IMG/VR virus record: IMGVR_UViG_3300000285_000003
Reading direction: 5' to 3' (one strand)
Length of the DNA: 64,000 nucleotides
From: a virus
This document shows, in pieces, positions 41,139 to 53,737 of the stretch. The notes under the pieces are model-generated. The model did not search any database, had not been told where the DNA came from, and saw only the letters and a program-made list of their open reading frames with translations. How positions within the stretch are numbered: position 1 is the stretch's first letter; the number at the start of each line of letters is the position of its first letter. The position numbers were made by a program, and so were the translations under genes.

Positions 41139-41884
41139 TACTCAGCCTCCTACTATTTTGGTTGTGATTTCTATTTAGAATTACCCTAAGCAAGTTTTAG
41201 TTTATACTGAGTCAAATACATGTCTACAGCACCTGACACGAGCTCTTCAAAACATGAATACGGAAGCGAACAATAACTATGTACAGCTCCAGCAGACTGA
41301 TCGCTGTCATTAAACTTTAATACATTGAATGCATTAGGCTGGCAATAGTATATAAGATCCACACTATCTATCTATGTATATACGTCAGATATAACCTTAA
41401 ACTAATTACTTGTATAATTAGTGCTTTCAAATATAACTAATGGATTTTTTATAATCCCGTTATAGTTGTAGTACGCATTGATTACGTTGTCTACATCTTC
41501 TTGCTTAATAAGTATATTTGGTGTAATTACACCATCTTCTAAAACCTTATCACTTTTATAATTTTTTGTAACGATGCTTTCAGATCTTACGTACATTGCA
41601 TAATCTTCAGGCAATTTATATAAGCCATCATCATTTGATGTCTTTATATTAACTCGCCTAATTAAAGATCTACTAACATCGCTTATTCTTTTAGCTCGTC
41701 TAGTACCACGTTGAAAATCATCTTCTGTAGAATACAGCATTTTTACATACTGTGTCTAGAACTCGCTTAAGAATGAATATATTGTATCGGTGCTAAGTTT
41801 CTATTCTGACGCAAACTAAGGATATACTTCAATTAGTCTACGTTCAAACTCAATACCAAGTTTTCGTGTTTCTTCTCTTGTCAT
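41138..41884 (-). CDS. Head/connector-module protein, 248 aa (function unassigned)
   Basis: The ATG at 41882-41884 overlaps the upstream TGA (ATGA). TAA at 41138-41140, with several in-frame TAG. It contains track ORF 41402..41740. Confidence 0.75.
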
Positions 41885-42609
41885 GATTCAAGTGGTCTAG
41901 TATTAGCTTTAGTAGTAAGTCTACTAGATTCTACAATCTCGGTAGACATAATAATTGACAAATTAATTAATTCTTCTGCCATGCTATCAGATAATTCAAA
42001 TTTAGTCTATCCGAAATCATAGTCGTTTACTGATAGTCCTGGTCCAATAGCAAATTTTGCAGGACGTTTAATATATGTGAATTCAGCCGTTGACTGAGCT
42101 CCATTATATTGTACATCCATTGGATCTACATATACCACAACATTGTTGTTCTCTATGCATCCTACAGGCTACTCAATCCAAGGTAGATTTGTTTTTGTTA
42201 CCTTAAATTTTTTAGCAACATCATGCGATACGAATACTATATTTTCATATTTATGGTTCTTGTTATCATGAGAAGTAATATTCTCTTTGATTTCAATCTG
42301 TCCATCAATTATGTATAAAACAAGATTATCTATAGTGTGCGTAGCGAATGTATAGCTATTATCGCCAGATAAACTACCAACGGCAGTTAATTTGTTAATC
42401 AATGGCTATAAATCTTCGATTGCTTTCATATCTGACTCAAACGCTGACCTTCTAGGATTGTTTCCTGTATATTTTTGAGCTATAAGAGCTAGGTAGGCTT
42501 TATCGAGTATTGTAGCAATCTCATATTTAGTTAGCGACGGATATGACGAAGTTATATTTGCCTTGTCATATTCAATCATAAACTTAGTATAAATATCACT
42601 ATGCGTCAT
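41881..42609 (-). CDS. Head/connector-module protein, 242 aa (function unassigned)
   Basis: ATG at 42607-42609 (upstream TAA at 42616-42618) and TGA at 41881-41883. It joins track ORFs 42406..42609 and 42169..42402 through TAG. Confidence 0.75.
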
Positions 42610-42624
42610 ACGTCGTTAGTTTAA

Positions 42625-43377
42625 TTATTTATTTTCGATCTGATTAATAATCGAGATCTTTAAGTCTTGATTCTTCTTTGCGTCCAAGTATGCAATACAA
42701 TCCTACAATGAGTCTGCAAGCATCTCAGAACCATAGTAATACTGTGTTCTATCCTTACGGATAATACCTTTGGCAATAGCACTCTCGATCAAGAACTCTG
42801 TTTCCTTTGTCTTGTTATTAACCCACTTTGTAAAGAAGTTCTGTGGCTGTTTATCAACCAATGAGAACAATGTAGACTCTACAAGCTCATTAGACATTGT
42901 GTCAGCGCTAACACCGAACAGTCTAAGACACTTACGCATCTCTTCGAGAGAAAGCTTGCCAAAAGCAATAATAGCGTCTCTACGAAGCTTGTTAATCTTA
43001 TTCTTCTCAATAGCTTCGGCCTGTCTATTAATAAGCAGGTAATCCTTACCAGCATTGAGTTTATCAAGCGATGTGGCTACTCTCTTATGTCCCTCAAGGA
43101 ACTTAATAATCATAGCCTATCGTGGGAATGAGTCATCAAGAATTGTGCTCTTAGAGCCAACCTTAACACAGAATGTATTCCAGAATGGTGAATTTTTAGC
43201 GAGATGGCCTTCTGGATAGCCAAGCTCCTTTTCAAATTTCTTTTCGTCCTCAGGTGTTAAACCTGTGTATATCGACCCAGATCTGGTAAAGTAAGGTGCA
43301 ATATAATCAAAACAATGTTTATACTTTAACAATCCAGCCCAGGGATTTTTCTTTCTGATCTTTAATTCAACTACCAT
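42625..43377 (-). CDS. Capsid-module protein, 250 aa (function unassigned)
   Basis: ATG at 43375-43377 and TAA at 42625-42627. It joins track ORFs 43117..43377 and 42703..43113 through TAG codons at 43117 and 42703. Confidence 0.75.
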
Positions 43378-43409
43378 AATTTTTCAATTAGTTGTTGCAA
43401 TGCCAAGCT

Positions 43410-43430
43410 CCCACCCTATTTTGGGTGGGG
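43410..43430 (-). terminator. Stem-loop downstream of the capsid gene (possible attenuating terminator)
   Basis: On the minus strand, CCCCACCC AAAATA GGGTGGG forms a 7-8 bp GC stem 27 nt after the MCP stop. There is no clear U-tract, so terminator function is uncertain. Confidence 0.35.
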
Positions 43431-43456
43431 TTGAACATTGTATATTATTTTATTAA

Positions 43457-44992
43457 TTACGCGAGCTCTGCTGCTCTATTCTCGACTGCAATAGTCTCCT
43501 GGTCTTCAGCATCGCAATACAAGATACCACATGACAATGGGTTTCTCAGCATGATACCCTCTTCACCAAGGAAGTGTACCTGGTAACCATCACGGCTGTT
43601 AGAACGCATAGTGTTGATGTTATTTGCATAACCATTTGGCAATACAGAACCACCAGTACACCACTGTACGAACTCACGACCCTTACGACATACCTTAACG
43701 ATGTTAGCCTGACCATCACGGCGACCAAGGTCAACGAACAAGAATGTATAAGACATCAATGGTTTACCTGTCAATGGGTGAAGCTGACGGAACATTTCCA
43801 TATTATCAAACATAGCACAACGCTTAACTGTCAACTCAATACCATTAGTCATAGTGTAAGTTGTGAACTGACCACCCAACTTCAAGTCCTGACCAGAACC
43901 TGTAATGAAGTGTGTATCAATCATATTGAAGCTAGCTGCCTTCTCCTTCAAGATACGGTCGAACTCACGGATACCCATCTCACCAGTCAAAGCAACGAAC
44001 TTACGCTCGTTAGTACCAATTATGTTGTAGCAGAGATCGAACAAGTAATCCTCGAACAACTCTGTAGTCAGCTTTGTATAGTAACGTACGTTAGCTGGAG
44101 CAATCTGCTCGAACAAACCTGCAGAGATTGGAACGAAACGGCCATTAGTACCCTTCAAATTGTAAGTACCATCTGCATTACGGTTAGAGTGAGCGAACAG
44201 CAACTGCTTCTCCTCTCTCTTCTTCCACTCACGAAGAGCCTTCCAATACTGGTAGTCAGACCACAAATAAGACTTCTTACCTGTCTCAGGATCAGTCAAA
44301 GCGATAGCCAATACTGTAGAGTAAGCATCACCAGTGATATCGTAAGTAAGACGCATAGTCATCAAGCTATTACGCATCTTAAATGGAGTCTGATAATTGA
44401 TAATATCTGCCTCATCACTGTACTCCTCGTAAGCAGAACCGATACGGTCTACCTGACGACCTGGGAGCAAATACTCGCAAGGAATATAAGAACCCTGGAA
44501 GCCTTCTGCTACATAGCACTCATATACCCATGTGCTACCATCCTGGTATGGAGTACCATTTACACGTACCTGGAAGTTTACGTTGTCAAATGCAAGAATT
44601 GCACCTGGACCAAACCACTTCTCTTCAAGACCAAGATAAATAGGAGTATTGTTAATACCTGGAGTCAAACCTTCTGTAATTGACTTAGGAGTAATCTCCT
44701 TACCATTCCACTTAGCATAGCGGATATTAACAGCGTGATCAGCATCAATCATTACAGACCACTCGTATTCTCTGTTTTCGATAGTCATGGTTGAACCAAG
44801 ACCACCAGTTAACAAGTCGATGGTAGTTGAAATACCATCATCCTTTGTACCAAAAACCAATGACAACAAGCCTGCTACTTCATGAGGCTTTGTAAGCATT
44901 GCGTTAGCAATCATGTTTTCGTCTACCAAGTCAGCAAAACGCTTACCACGGTAGAGCTGAAGATTATTTAATAAAGAACTTGAATTATTCAT
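43457..44992 (-). CDS. Major capsid protein (crAss-like type), 511 aa
   Basis: This is an intact 511-aa ORF even in the standard code, with no in-frame TAG, and it ends in TAA. It lies directly downstream of a scaffold-like gene within the terminase/portal/scaffold module. Its composition differs from its neighbours and a GC hairpin follows it. The call rests on size, position and resemblance to crAss-family capsid proteins. No alignment was run. Confidence 0.75.
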   Translation of the reverse strand: MNNSSSLLNNLQLYRGKRFADLVDENMIANAMLTKPHEVAGLLSLVFGTKDDGISTTIDLLTGGLGSTMTIENREYEWSVMIDADHAVNIRYAKWNGKEITPKSITEGLTPGINNTPIYLGLEEKWFGPGAILAFDNVNFQVRVNGTPYQDGSTWVYECYVAEGFQGSYIPCEYLLPGRQVDRIGSAYEEYSDEADIINYQTPFKMRNSLMTMRLTYDITGDAYSTVLAIALTDPETGKKSYLWSDYQYWKALREWKKREEKQLLFAHSNRNADGTYNLKGTNGRFVPISAGLFEQIAPANVRYYTKLTTELFEDYLFDLCYNIIGTNERKFVALTGEMGIREFDRILKEKAASFNMIDTHFITGSGQDLKLGGQFTTYTMTNGIELTVKRCAMFDNMEMFRQLHPLTGKPLMSYTFLFVDLGRRDGQANIVKVCRKGREFVQWCTGGSVLPNGYANNINTMRSNSRDGYQVHFLGEEGIMLRNPLSCGILYCDAEDQETIAVENRAAELA

Positions 44993-45010
44993 AATATGTT
45001 AATTGTCTCA

Positions 45011-46207
45011 TCATAGGTATTTTGACGCGAGATCCCATGCCTGAGGTTGTTTTTCATGCCCAACATTGTATGATGTATGATTTTTTGTTTGGTGTTTGAG
45101 CATTTGTCTAAGTTTACTCGCAGCAGATGTCTGACCATTGCGCTGTGCTTCGCCCAGTAGAGCATCACCCTTCATTGTGAAGTAGGCTGATTCTATCAAA
45201 TTGTTAACAAGGTTATTATTAAAAGCCTTCTGATACTCTGTTAAACCGTCTGCATCAGTTCTTGTGATATAATCGAACAACGCTTTTCTATCCTCCTTTG
45301 GAATATTGATACCTCTAATATTTGTAAGACTATTAATACTAGAAGTAAGATCGTTCATGAACTGTGCAGCTTGCTGCTCTTGTTCCTGTCTTTGAGCTTC
45401 CTGTTGCTGAGCCATATACTCTTGCTGTTGCTATTCGTACGCCTTAAGATAATTTACAGCATCAGCTGCTTCATCTTCCAGCATGTCAGCATCTTCATAG
45501 CGCTCAATCTTGCGACTAATCTGTTCGTCGTTCATTCCCTATAATTTATAGAACTCGCGAACAGCTGCTTTCTGATTAGATTCGTCCTCCAAATCTATGT
45601 TATCGTAAGACATAGATTTCTGTTGTGTCTGATAGAAGTCTTCAAATTTACCACCATTCTTTACGTACTGATCAAGTCTAGCAATACGATCATCGGCGTA
45701 CTATGGGGTTGAATTCTCATCTACGACATCTTTGATATACTCTACGAGGTCCTCGACTGACTTAGGTTTCTCGTCTGCATCAACACTCCAACCATTAGCT
45801 TCAGCGAATGCGTCAAAGAAAGCACCAATCTATTCTGCTTCTCCAGGATCTACGACGTCAGTGTCAGTCTGCTGATCATTATCATCATTGTCGTTATCCT
45901 ATTCGTTGTCAACTGTAGTTGAGTCGGACGTATTATTATTTAAAATATTATCTGGGACCTCTGTATCATCATCATGAGCGTTAGGATCACCAGTTACATT
46001 CTTATTATCTTTATTATCCTCAGAAGACTTATCGTCATCTGGATTGTCTAAATTATCAATATCATCATTAGGGTCATCTAACACCTGATTAACAACATCC
46101 TGGTTATCGATGTCTGTAACGCTGTCGCCACCTTCCTGGCCACCGAACCCGAGAGAGCTCAAAGCGTCTTCAAAATCACCTAATGGATTTTTCTTCTTTC
46201 TTGCCAT
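45011..46207 (-). CDS. Scaffolding-protein candidate, 398 aa
   Basis: ATG at 46205-46207 and TGA at 45011-45013, with 5 in-frame TAG. It joins track ORFs 45899..46207 and 45011..45415. The N-terminus is strongly acidic and low-complexity, and the middle is Gln/Glu-rich and helical-looking. It sits immediately upstream of the capsid gene. Confidence 0.6.
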
Positions 46208-46249
46208 AATTTAAATTATAACTAAGTTAATATTTTTAATTGTTGTACG

Positions 46250-46274
46250 CTACACGGGAGTCGAACCCGTGTAA
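46250..46274 (-). other. tRNA T-arm-like hairpin just after a stop codon
   Basis: On the minus strand, TTACACGGG-TTCGACT-CCCGTGTAG forms a 9-bp stem. Its loop matches the tRNA T-loop consensus (TTCGAnT). It begins 5 nt after the TAA at 46280-46282. I could not fold any acceptor, D or anticodon arms around it. Confidence 0.5.
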
Positions 46275-46279
46275 TGTTA

Positions 46280-48172
46280 TTATTTATTCCACTTTGATGC
46301 ATTACGCGCAAAGTTGGCTTTCTTTCTCATAGCCGCACTATACTTACTTGGATTTCTTAAGACCCTATTAGCAAAGCCCTGAACACTCATACCGTGCTAC
46401 TTAGCAGCTTTAGTAAATGTACCGCGCTTAGATTTCTTTATATGAATATCTTTACCGGAATTATGAAATTGCAAAAGCTATGGATACATTTTATTTTCTA
46501 ATGGTGTAGGTGTTCTTCCAAGGCCAATATTTATTTTGTGATCCTAAATATGGAACGGAAGATCATATTGTATGTCAAATGGTTCTGCACCAATATATTT
46601 ACCAACCTCTAAATTATTCAGATAATTATAAATGTCTGTATTTTTGTAATTGAAATTCTATAAATAATCTCCAAACTTTATTCCGGATCTGCCAATTATG
46701 CCTCTTAATCCGCTATTATTTGTAGCTGTCCTAGTAGCGCCACCTTTATCTATAATATCTGATAACTTAATTTTCTGACTTGTTGTCATCCAATCTGGGT
46801 AATCCATTCTATCAAATAATCCCTAATTTCTATATCCGATAAAGTCTTTTGATTTGGATTTTAATCTTGTACCAAATTTATTTATAGACTTAGTTCTGTA
46901 CTCATTAAAGAAATTAGATATCTTTTTATTTATTCTCTATCCAGGCATTAAATCCCAAGTATCGTTTACCTTTATAATGCCTTCTATTGGCTTTTTATTT
47001 AATAATTTAGTTGAAACAGACACATTCCCACCGGCACTTGTAATAAAGTCTTTATCAGTGAATGGTGTTCCAGCGTTAACTACTTCTATATCTCTAGCAC
47101 CGCCACCATAGCCTTTTCCTTTTAATTGTTTTAAAGCGTCTATATTGGTTAATTTTGTTCCATCAGTTGCAGACTATGTAAATTGATAATCTCCAGATTG
47201 CGGCAATTTCAAATACCTCCTATACGCATTAGCTCTTGCCTACAAAGCAATATCTCCATCTACATTATATGCTTTTTCAAAAACACTTTTAAGAGCTTTG
47301 CCAGCAAAATTATTCTAAGTCCAAAATGCTTTATTGATATCTGGTGCACTACCTTTTAAAATATAATATGGCCACGCAAGAGCTGGAGCAACAAGTTTTC
47401 TTGCGGAATAAGAAGCAGGAGGAAGATAGCTATATAATATAGATCTTGTGAAAGCGTTGTTAAATGGATTGTGATTTTCTTTTGATAGTTCAAGCAATTC
47501 CTTTGTGTTCTAAATTTTATCAGAAAATTTTTCACCAATCTTAGATCCTATCATTATATCAAATAACTAATCGGCAGCTCTTCCTGTTTCTCCGTAACCA
47601 CCATAAAGTCCCTAATTACTCTCTTCCCATGGCATTCCTGTTCCGCGCAAAGTTCCAATCCATCTAGTTGGCGACAAAGTTGTCATAGCCTTACCGATTT
47701 TACTAACCTTGTCGTAATATCCAGATGCATCGTATCCGTTTTGCTTCATAATCATTGCTGGATAGTTTATTGCAGCTTCTACTGATTTATCAAAACCATG
47801 AACAACGCCATTAGGATCCCAATATGAAGACGTATTATGTCTACCAGCAGCAGCCCATGGGTTAGCTTTTGATTTATCTCCAATAATTTCTACTTCAGGT
47901 AATAGTAATCCGGCGCTATAAAACGGTTCTCCTGTTTCTTTGTAATAAAGCATTCCATCTTTAACTTCTAAAGGAGCACCTGTTTCTGATTTGATGCCCT
48001 TACCGTCTCCAAACTTAGGAAGCTTAAGTTTCTTTCTAAGCTACTTCATAGCTACCTACTAATCTGCTTTAGCCTACGCTTTTCTTCTACGTTTGATCTT
48101 ACGAAAGAGCTTATGACGCTGATAGTCATTCTTCTTCTACATCTTTCGCTTAGGACTTTCCATCTGTTTCAT
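46280..48172 (-). CDS. Hypothetical virion/head-module protein, 630 aa
   Basis: ATG at 48170-48172 (upstream TAA at 48185-48187) and TAA at 46280-46282. The hand-scanned frame has no TAA or TGA and many TAG. It contains track ORFs 47612..47953 and 47315..47497. The C-terminus is basic (KRGTFTKAAK(Q)HGMSVQGFANRVLRNPSKYSAAMRKKANFARNASKW). Confidence 0.75.
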
Positions 48173-48174
48173 AA

Positions 48175-49197
48175 TTACATCAATTTAAGATTGTTACCTC
48201 TTCTCCACCAGAACTTCTAGCCATAAGAGTCTTTGCCAAAGTTATTAGATGGAAGCAAGTTTAGTATATTCGGAAGTGAAGGCTATGTTATACTATCGTA
48301 CATCTACTGTTTATACTTATTAAGATCACGCTATTGCTGAGCCTTTATTTCTTCCTAAGTTGGACCAAGTAGAGTTGTAGGAACATCTGCTCTAATAGTA
48401 CCAGGCTATCTTGTAGATGGCGAATTGATAATTATAGGACTAGCATTCTTTGTGTCTTCATAATCCTACACAAGATCATCAAACTTAACATTATAGTTGT
48501 AAGCGTCTTTATGATTAATTCTGTGATAGTGGGCCGCCTTTACCAAGCTGTCCATTCCTCGAAGGTTTCTAGAATAATTCTCGAGAGAATCTGTGTAATA
48601 CCCCTTCTGTTTGAGAGCCCTAGCATAATCCTATGTAGATTTAGCTCTAAGCGCTGCTCCGTATCGTGTATGCATAAGCCTTACATAATCCTTAACGAAA
48701 TCCGCATCGCTCTTATATGTATTGTAAGTCTTACCATTCCAGCCTACTCCACCATAATTGTGTTGTCTTCTAGCAACTCTAGATCTACCATAATTAGATT
48801 CGTATGCAAGCTAACGCATTACATTGTAAAACGCAGCATCACCATAACCATATCTGTTCAGCTATTGTCCTACAAGAGGGCCCATTCTGTTAACAAAAGT
48901 ATTAATAGAATCATCTTTTCCACCTTTATATTTATGAAGTATAGGATGCTCTTCATTTAATGGAGTGTCAAAAGGTAATGGCTTAATAATGTCTTCAGCT
49001 ATATTAACATCCTTTCCTTCATCATAAGCATTAAGTATAGACTATACATTCTGATCCATCTACAGCTACTCTTCTGGACTAGGTTCCTCAGCCTGGGTGT
49101 TTCCACCCAAGTTGATTCCTCTAATATCCTTCCAGTAATCAGCGCCATTCTTCCACGCCTCATACTTCTACTAAAATGTCTTGTTGTCAAACTTCAT
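48175..49197 (-). CDS. Putative virion-associated peptidoglycan hydrolase (glucosaminidase-like), 340 aa
   Basis: The ATG at 49195-49197 overlaps the portal TAA (TAATG). TAA at 48175-48177, with about 15 in-frame TAG, so it is absent from the standard-code track. The segment YESNYGRSRVARRQHNYGGVGWNGKTYNTYKSDADFVKDYVRLMHTRYG...ALKQKGYYTDSLENY resembles the FlgJ/LytD-type N-acetylglucosaminidase core. Confidence 0.55.
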
Positions 49198-51668
49198 TAC
49201 TTCTCGCCAGATGTTTTATTCTTAAGGGCCGTGCGAGCCTTAAGTTTCTCGCGTTCATAAGCAGCATCATCCTTAGCCTTCTGCAGCTCTGTCTCATGCT
49301 TCATCTTATCCTTCTCAAGCTAAATCTTCTGATCTTCTATCTCGCGCTTCTGCTTAGCTTCATAACGCTTATTATAAGCATCTTGATTAATCTTCTGCTG
49401 CTCGATAGCCTGTTTACCAATTTCTACTGGATCTGGGATTCCATTTTGATCCTGATCTAATTCCTCGGTTCCACGATAAGCATTAATCTGTGCTACAGCT
49501 ATCTTAGTCTGATTATCTTGATCAATCTGATATCTCTGAAGATCCATCTGAGCTTCCTGTAACATAAGCTCTTGCTGCTTAGCTTCATTCTGCATCTGCT
49601 GTAACTGCTGTTGCTGCTGAGCTTCTGCCTCCTGCTGCTGTTGCTGTATCTGCTCCTGTCTAGTCTACATATCCTTAAGCTTCTGCTTAATAATATTGAA
49701 GTTATCGTTTGTAAGAATCTCTGCTGCTTCAAGCAAGCTAGCACCATTCTGCATAGCTGGCTATATAAGCTGCTGAAGCTTCTGTATGTTCTCTAGATCT
49801 TTAGACGTATCACTTACGAATACATCCATATCCTCATAGTAGAACTTAGGAGTAATATCCAAGAATGCTCTTTCTCCATTATCAAAGATATACTGGAGCT
49901 TTTGTTTGCCAGTCTCTTCCCAAGCACCCTTAGCTGTATTAAGAAGCATATTAAGAACTCTTCGCTTGCACTGGTTATGAACCCAGAATAATGGTTCAGT
50001 AATATGCGAGCTCTGTACTACAGATCTTTCTACATTACCTACCATCTCTGATGTGCTTACAACTCCTTCACGCTGCTATGTAATACCAGAGATCGTTCCA
50101 GCCAGTTCTTCTATCTTATCCATTAGCTGTATATATTCAGCTATGACGTTAGACATTGTAAGATCCAATGCTGTAATCTGATTGAACTGAGCAGGCTTAC
50201 CACCCTCTCTTCCTGGGATATTCCAACCTTCTTCATATGGGTTAATAAAGTTAACACCAACACTAGACAAGTAATGCATCCATTTAGCTGGGCTAATATT
50301 CATAGACTTAGGAATCTATGTAATATCCATGTTTACAACCTTACCTTTATCTCTGGCGATAGCTAACTCAAGTCTGTACCATAATACAATATACATATAC
50401 TACAATGGCTTAAGAATGCTAACCAATGATCTAGGCTTACTATTTGTGTTACTATAAATAGCACCACAATAAGGAAGCTTCTGGCTATTAGGGTTATCGA
50501 TACTTACATGCTGATACTCGATAGGCTGTATGCCAAAGTATAAATCGCTACCAGCTCTATATCCTTCCCATACCTCTATAATCCAATCTGGTTCTACACT
50601 AACCTCGTTACCAACAGGCTGATATGTTTCATCAACTATATTGATCTAAGGCTGTCCTGCGTCATCTGTAGTTGTTACGTAAAAGATCTTCTTAAAAGAC
50701 TTCCAGCAACAATGCCATACATTTACAAGCGATTTACCAGATCCTTCAAATATCGGGTTATCATATATACGTAACTATATGCCCATATCAACAGGACTTC
50801 TGTCTCCAAGGTTTCTGCCAGGAGTAGAACCAATCATTTCTTCAAGCCTATCAAGATCCTTCTCTTCAAGCTTGTCGTAATATCTATCGTATACTTCAGC
50901 TATAGGCATACGCATCTTTCTGCAACACCATGATCCATCCTCAATAAAATCAAGGTCTGGACTTTTATCGTAAGAGAAACATATAGGATTAACTCTTTCC
51001 GCATATGGCTCTGCATTAAGTACGCCAACGTAATAAATTTCTCTACCTGAGATCAATCCGTCCTTCCAGCCTTTGATAAACTCGTTGTCAAGATCAAGCT
51101 TCTCTCTCAGATAGGTAAGAGAATGATATGCAGTATTCTCTACAATATCTTTGTAGTCTTTGTCCATATACTTAGCTATCTACTCTGGCGGCATAATCTC
51201 TCCAGACTGTAGCTACTCCTGGAACTACTGAGCTTCTTCTGGGCTCATTTTAGCTGTGATAGCTGCTTCTATATATTGTAGAATCATCTATTTCTCTTTC
51301 TCCTGCATTTCAGATGTAGCCTCCTATGAAGTTCTGATAACTCTGAAGTTAAGAGGTCTTTTTGTTTCCTCACCTATAAGCAAATCTACTTTAGGTCTTA
51401 TAATATTAAAGTCGTGAGGAGTAGCAGGAAAACCATCCTCGACCTTGAATGGGTTTGTAATTGATTTAAAATCCTTCTCGTCGAAGATGCTGTTATATAA
51501 ATTATAATAGGTCTACAGCTCTCCGTAATATGATGTACTATTTCCTCCAGATGTTACGTTACCTTCACCTATAATATAGTTAACGCAATCTTCCTGCCAC
51601 TTCTTTCCTTTCTTTGAAAGAGGGAGCTTTTGTCTGGGGAAAGCTGAATTGTATAAGTTATCTTCCAT
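49197..51668 (-). CDS. Portal protein, 823 aa
   Basis: The ATG at 51666-51668 lies 3 nt after the TerL TAA, and the gene ends with TAA at 49197-49199. The hand-scanned frame is open with about 15 TAG. It joins track ORFs 50775.., 50076.., 49761.. and 49320... The portal call rests on size, position directly after the large terminase, and a Gln-rich C-terminal tail. Confidence 0.7.
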
Positions 51669-51671
51669 GTA

Positions 51672-53735
51672 TTAAAATGTGAATATCGGCATACCGTCTT
51701 CACTTGTGCTGCTATCTTCTTCAAACCATTGTTTGCTAAATAACGGCATCTCGAAGAGTTCAACCTATTTGTTTTGTTCTTTTGCAGACGACACCTTTAG
51801 CTAATAGAGCTCCTCTCTGTATATCATTACCATACACAAAGCTATAACTCGGTCTACATTTCGTACACCATCATTCTCTATAAGCTCTTCTATTAGAGGT
51901 TCGCTGTATACTCTTTCTACATTAGGGTGGCCTTCTTCAAACTCATCTAACAGCCACTCTAATATTAATCCTTCGCCATACGCCCTAATTTGCTTGGTCA
52001 TGTGGCATCCTTTTCTTCTTTGCACTTTGCTGTCTTTAAAGACTTCAGATATGATTTTATCTGGCTAATCAGCCAAGAGGTAATCGCAGTGTTTATTCGT
52101 AAAGTAAGGGTAGATTCCTTTTCTTTCATTCTCAAATAATAATCTAGCGTTATAAAATGTAAGCAGCTTGCGAACATTCTCATAGTATTCTTCTGCTGTA
52201 TCCGGTCTTCCGGAATACTCTGCTACTATTACATCTGTCCATGCTTCACCAGCTCTTACGCGTTTAAATATAAATGTAGAACCAAGAGAGTTTGTAAAAC
52301 TATCATCATGGTCGTATGGGTCGCATCCTCCTATATATAATCCAAGCGGAGGATCCTTTACTGGGTACTCCCATATAACTACAGATCCATGTGGCTTGTC
52401 TCCCTTCTTAAGAGGGTAGTTAGTTATATCACCACTAGGCTTCTCTGTAGCCTTTACCTGACCATTTCCATCCCATTCTAGATCAACTATATGCTTCATG
52501 CTTTGTAGCTTCTTGTTGGTCCTTATTCTTGTCAACTGGTCCATTAATAACTTTCTAGGGAATATATTCTTACCGAGCTCCAATACAGCTTCTGCTGGCC
52601 TTATAGGACGCTCTGATATAAAACGGTCTATTGACTGCTAACTAGCACCTCCATCTTTTACCTTGTTTCTCTAATCTATAAGGTTCTCTATAGCTTTCTC
52701 TTTATAGCTATTTCCATCCCTATCCATGTAAACCTAATTACCGTCATCATCAAATGACTCTAGGTTTGAATATGCTGGAACAAAGAATGCACATTCAGTA
52801 TTCTCTCTGCCTTCATCCCATATATTAGGGAAGCTGAGAACATTATAAGACTTAGGCTTATAGAATAATTCTTTCAATCCTTCGAAGCTAGCCCCTTCGG
52901 TACCACCGGTACCAAATGCTATCATCAATCCGAACGCTTTACCATCATCTGTTTCTACTGAAGGCTGTTCTATACGCCATGCATCAAGAAGGCTAGGGAA
53001 TTTACCACCTTCCTCCCATAGTACAAGCTTAGCACGTGTACCACGCACACGTTCTGGATCGTTCTTAAGAGTTATTCCTGTTATACTGGACAGGTATCCT
53101 TGTTCGGTTTGTTTACCAAACTCATCTGTGATTTTATAACCGGATGTTCTTTCCATACGTGTAGACACAAGTCTTTGCTTAGCCCATGCTGTATGCTTAT
53201 CAAGGAAGTCCATTATCTGCCAGGCTTTAGTTAACAAACCATCACCTATAAGGAATTTCTGTTCTGATGCTATAGCAAAGTTCTTCGAACCTGGTATAAG
53301 CATATAGTTTCTAACTAGCATAGATCCACCCTTAAATGAATATCCTCTCTGTCTGCATTTGAGCACAGCCATATGCTTTCCTTCCAACTCTGCTTGTTCT
53401 ATAGCGCAAAAATAATAGTAATCATAGTCCCAAAAGCTAGGGAATTCAAGTATACGTTGTCTCCTCTTTCTAAGGTTACCCTCTCTATCTGTATACTCTT
53501 CTTCCTTTAGTCGCATGATTGGACTATAATTTAGATAGAAGTAATTGTATCCAGTTATACCTTCTCCATCTGGAGCCGTATAACCATTAATGCATCTATC
53601 TGTCTCTTGCTCCCAATATTTGTTATAATCAGTAGTACCTCTAGGAGCTAAGGTATAGCATCCATGCTGTTGAAAGAAGATAGCTGCCTATCTAAACTTA
53701 TCAGTATCATGGAGTCTCTAATTAAAGTCTATCAT
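51672..53735 (-). CDS. terL: Terminase large subunit, 687 aa
   Basis: ATG at 53733-53735 and TAA at 51672-51674. It joins track ORFs 52734..53516, 52065..52583 and 51801..52025 through TAG. It has an ATPase-like segment (VLKCRQRGYSFKGG ... KLVLWEEGGKFP) and a nuclease-like acidic segment (GGCDPYDHDDS). Confidence 0.8.
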
Positions 53736-53737
53736 AA

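Noticed and set aside
46560-46690. An apparent in-frame TAA and double frameshift in gene 46280..48172.
   Set aside because: It came from my own one-base misreading of the line starting at 46621. On re-reading, the frame is continuous with only a TAG there.
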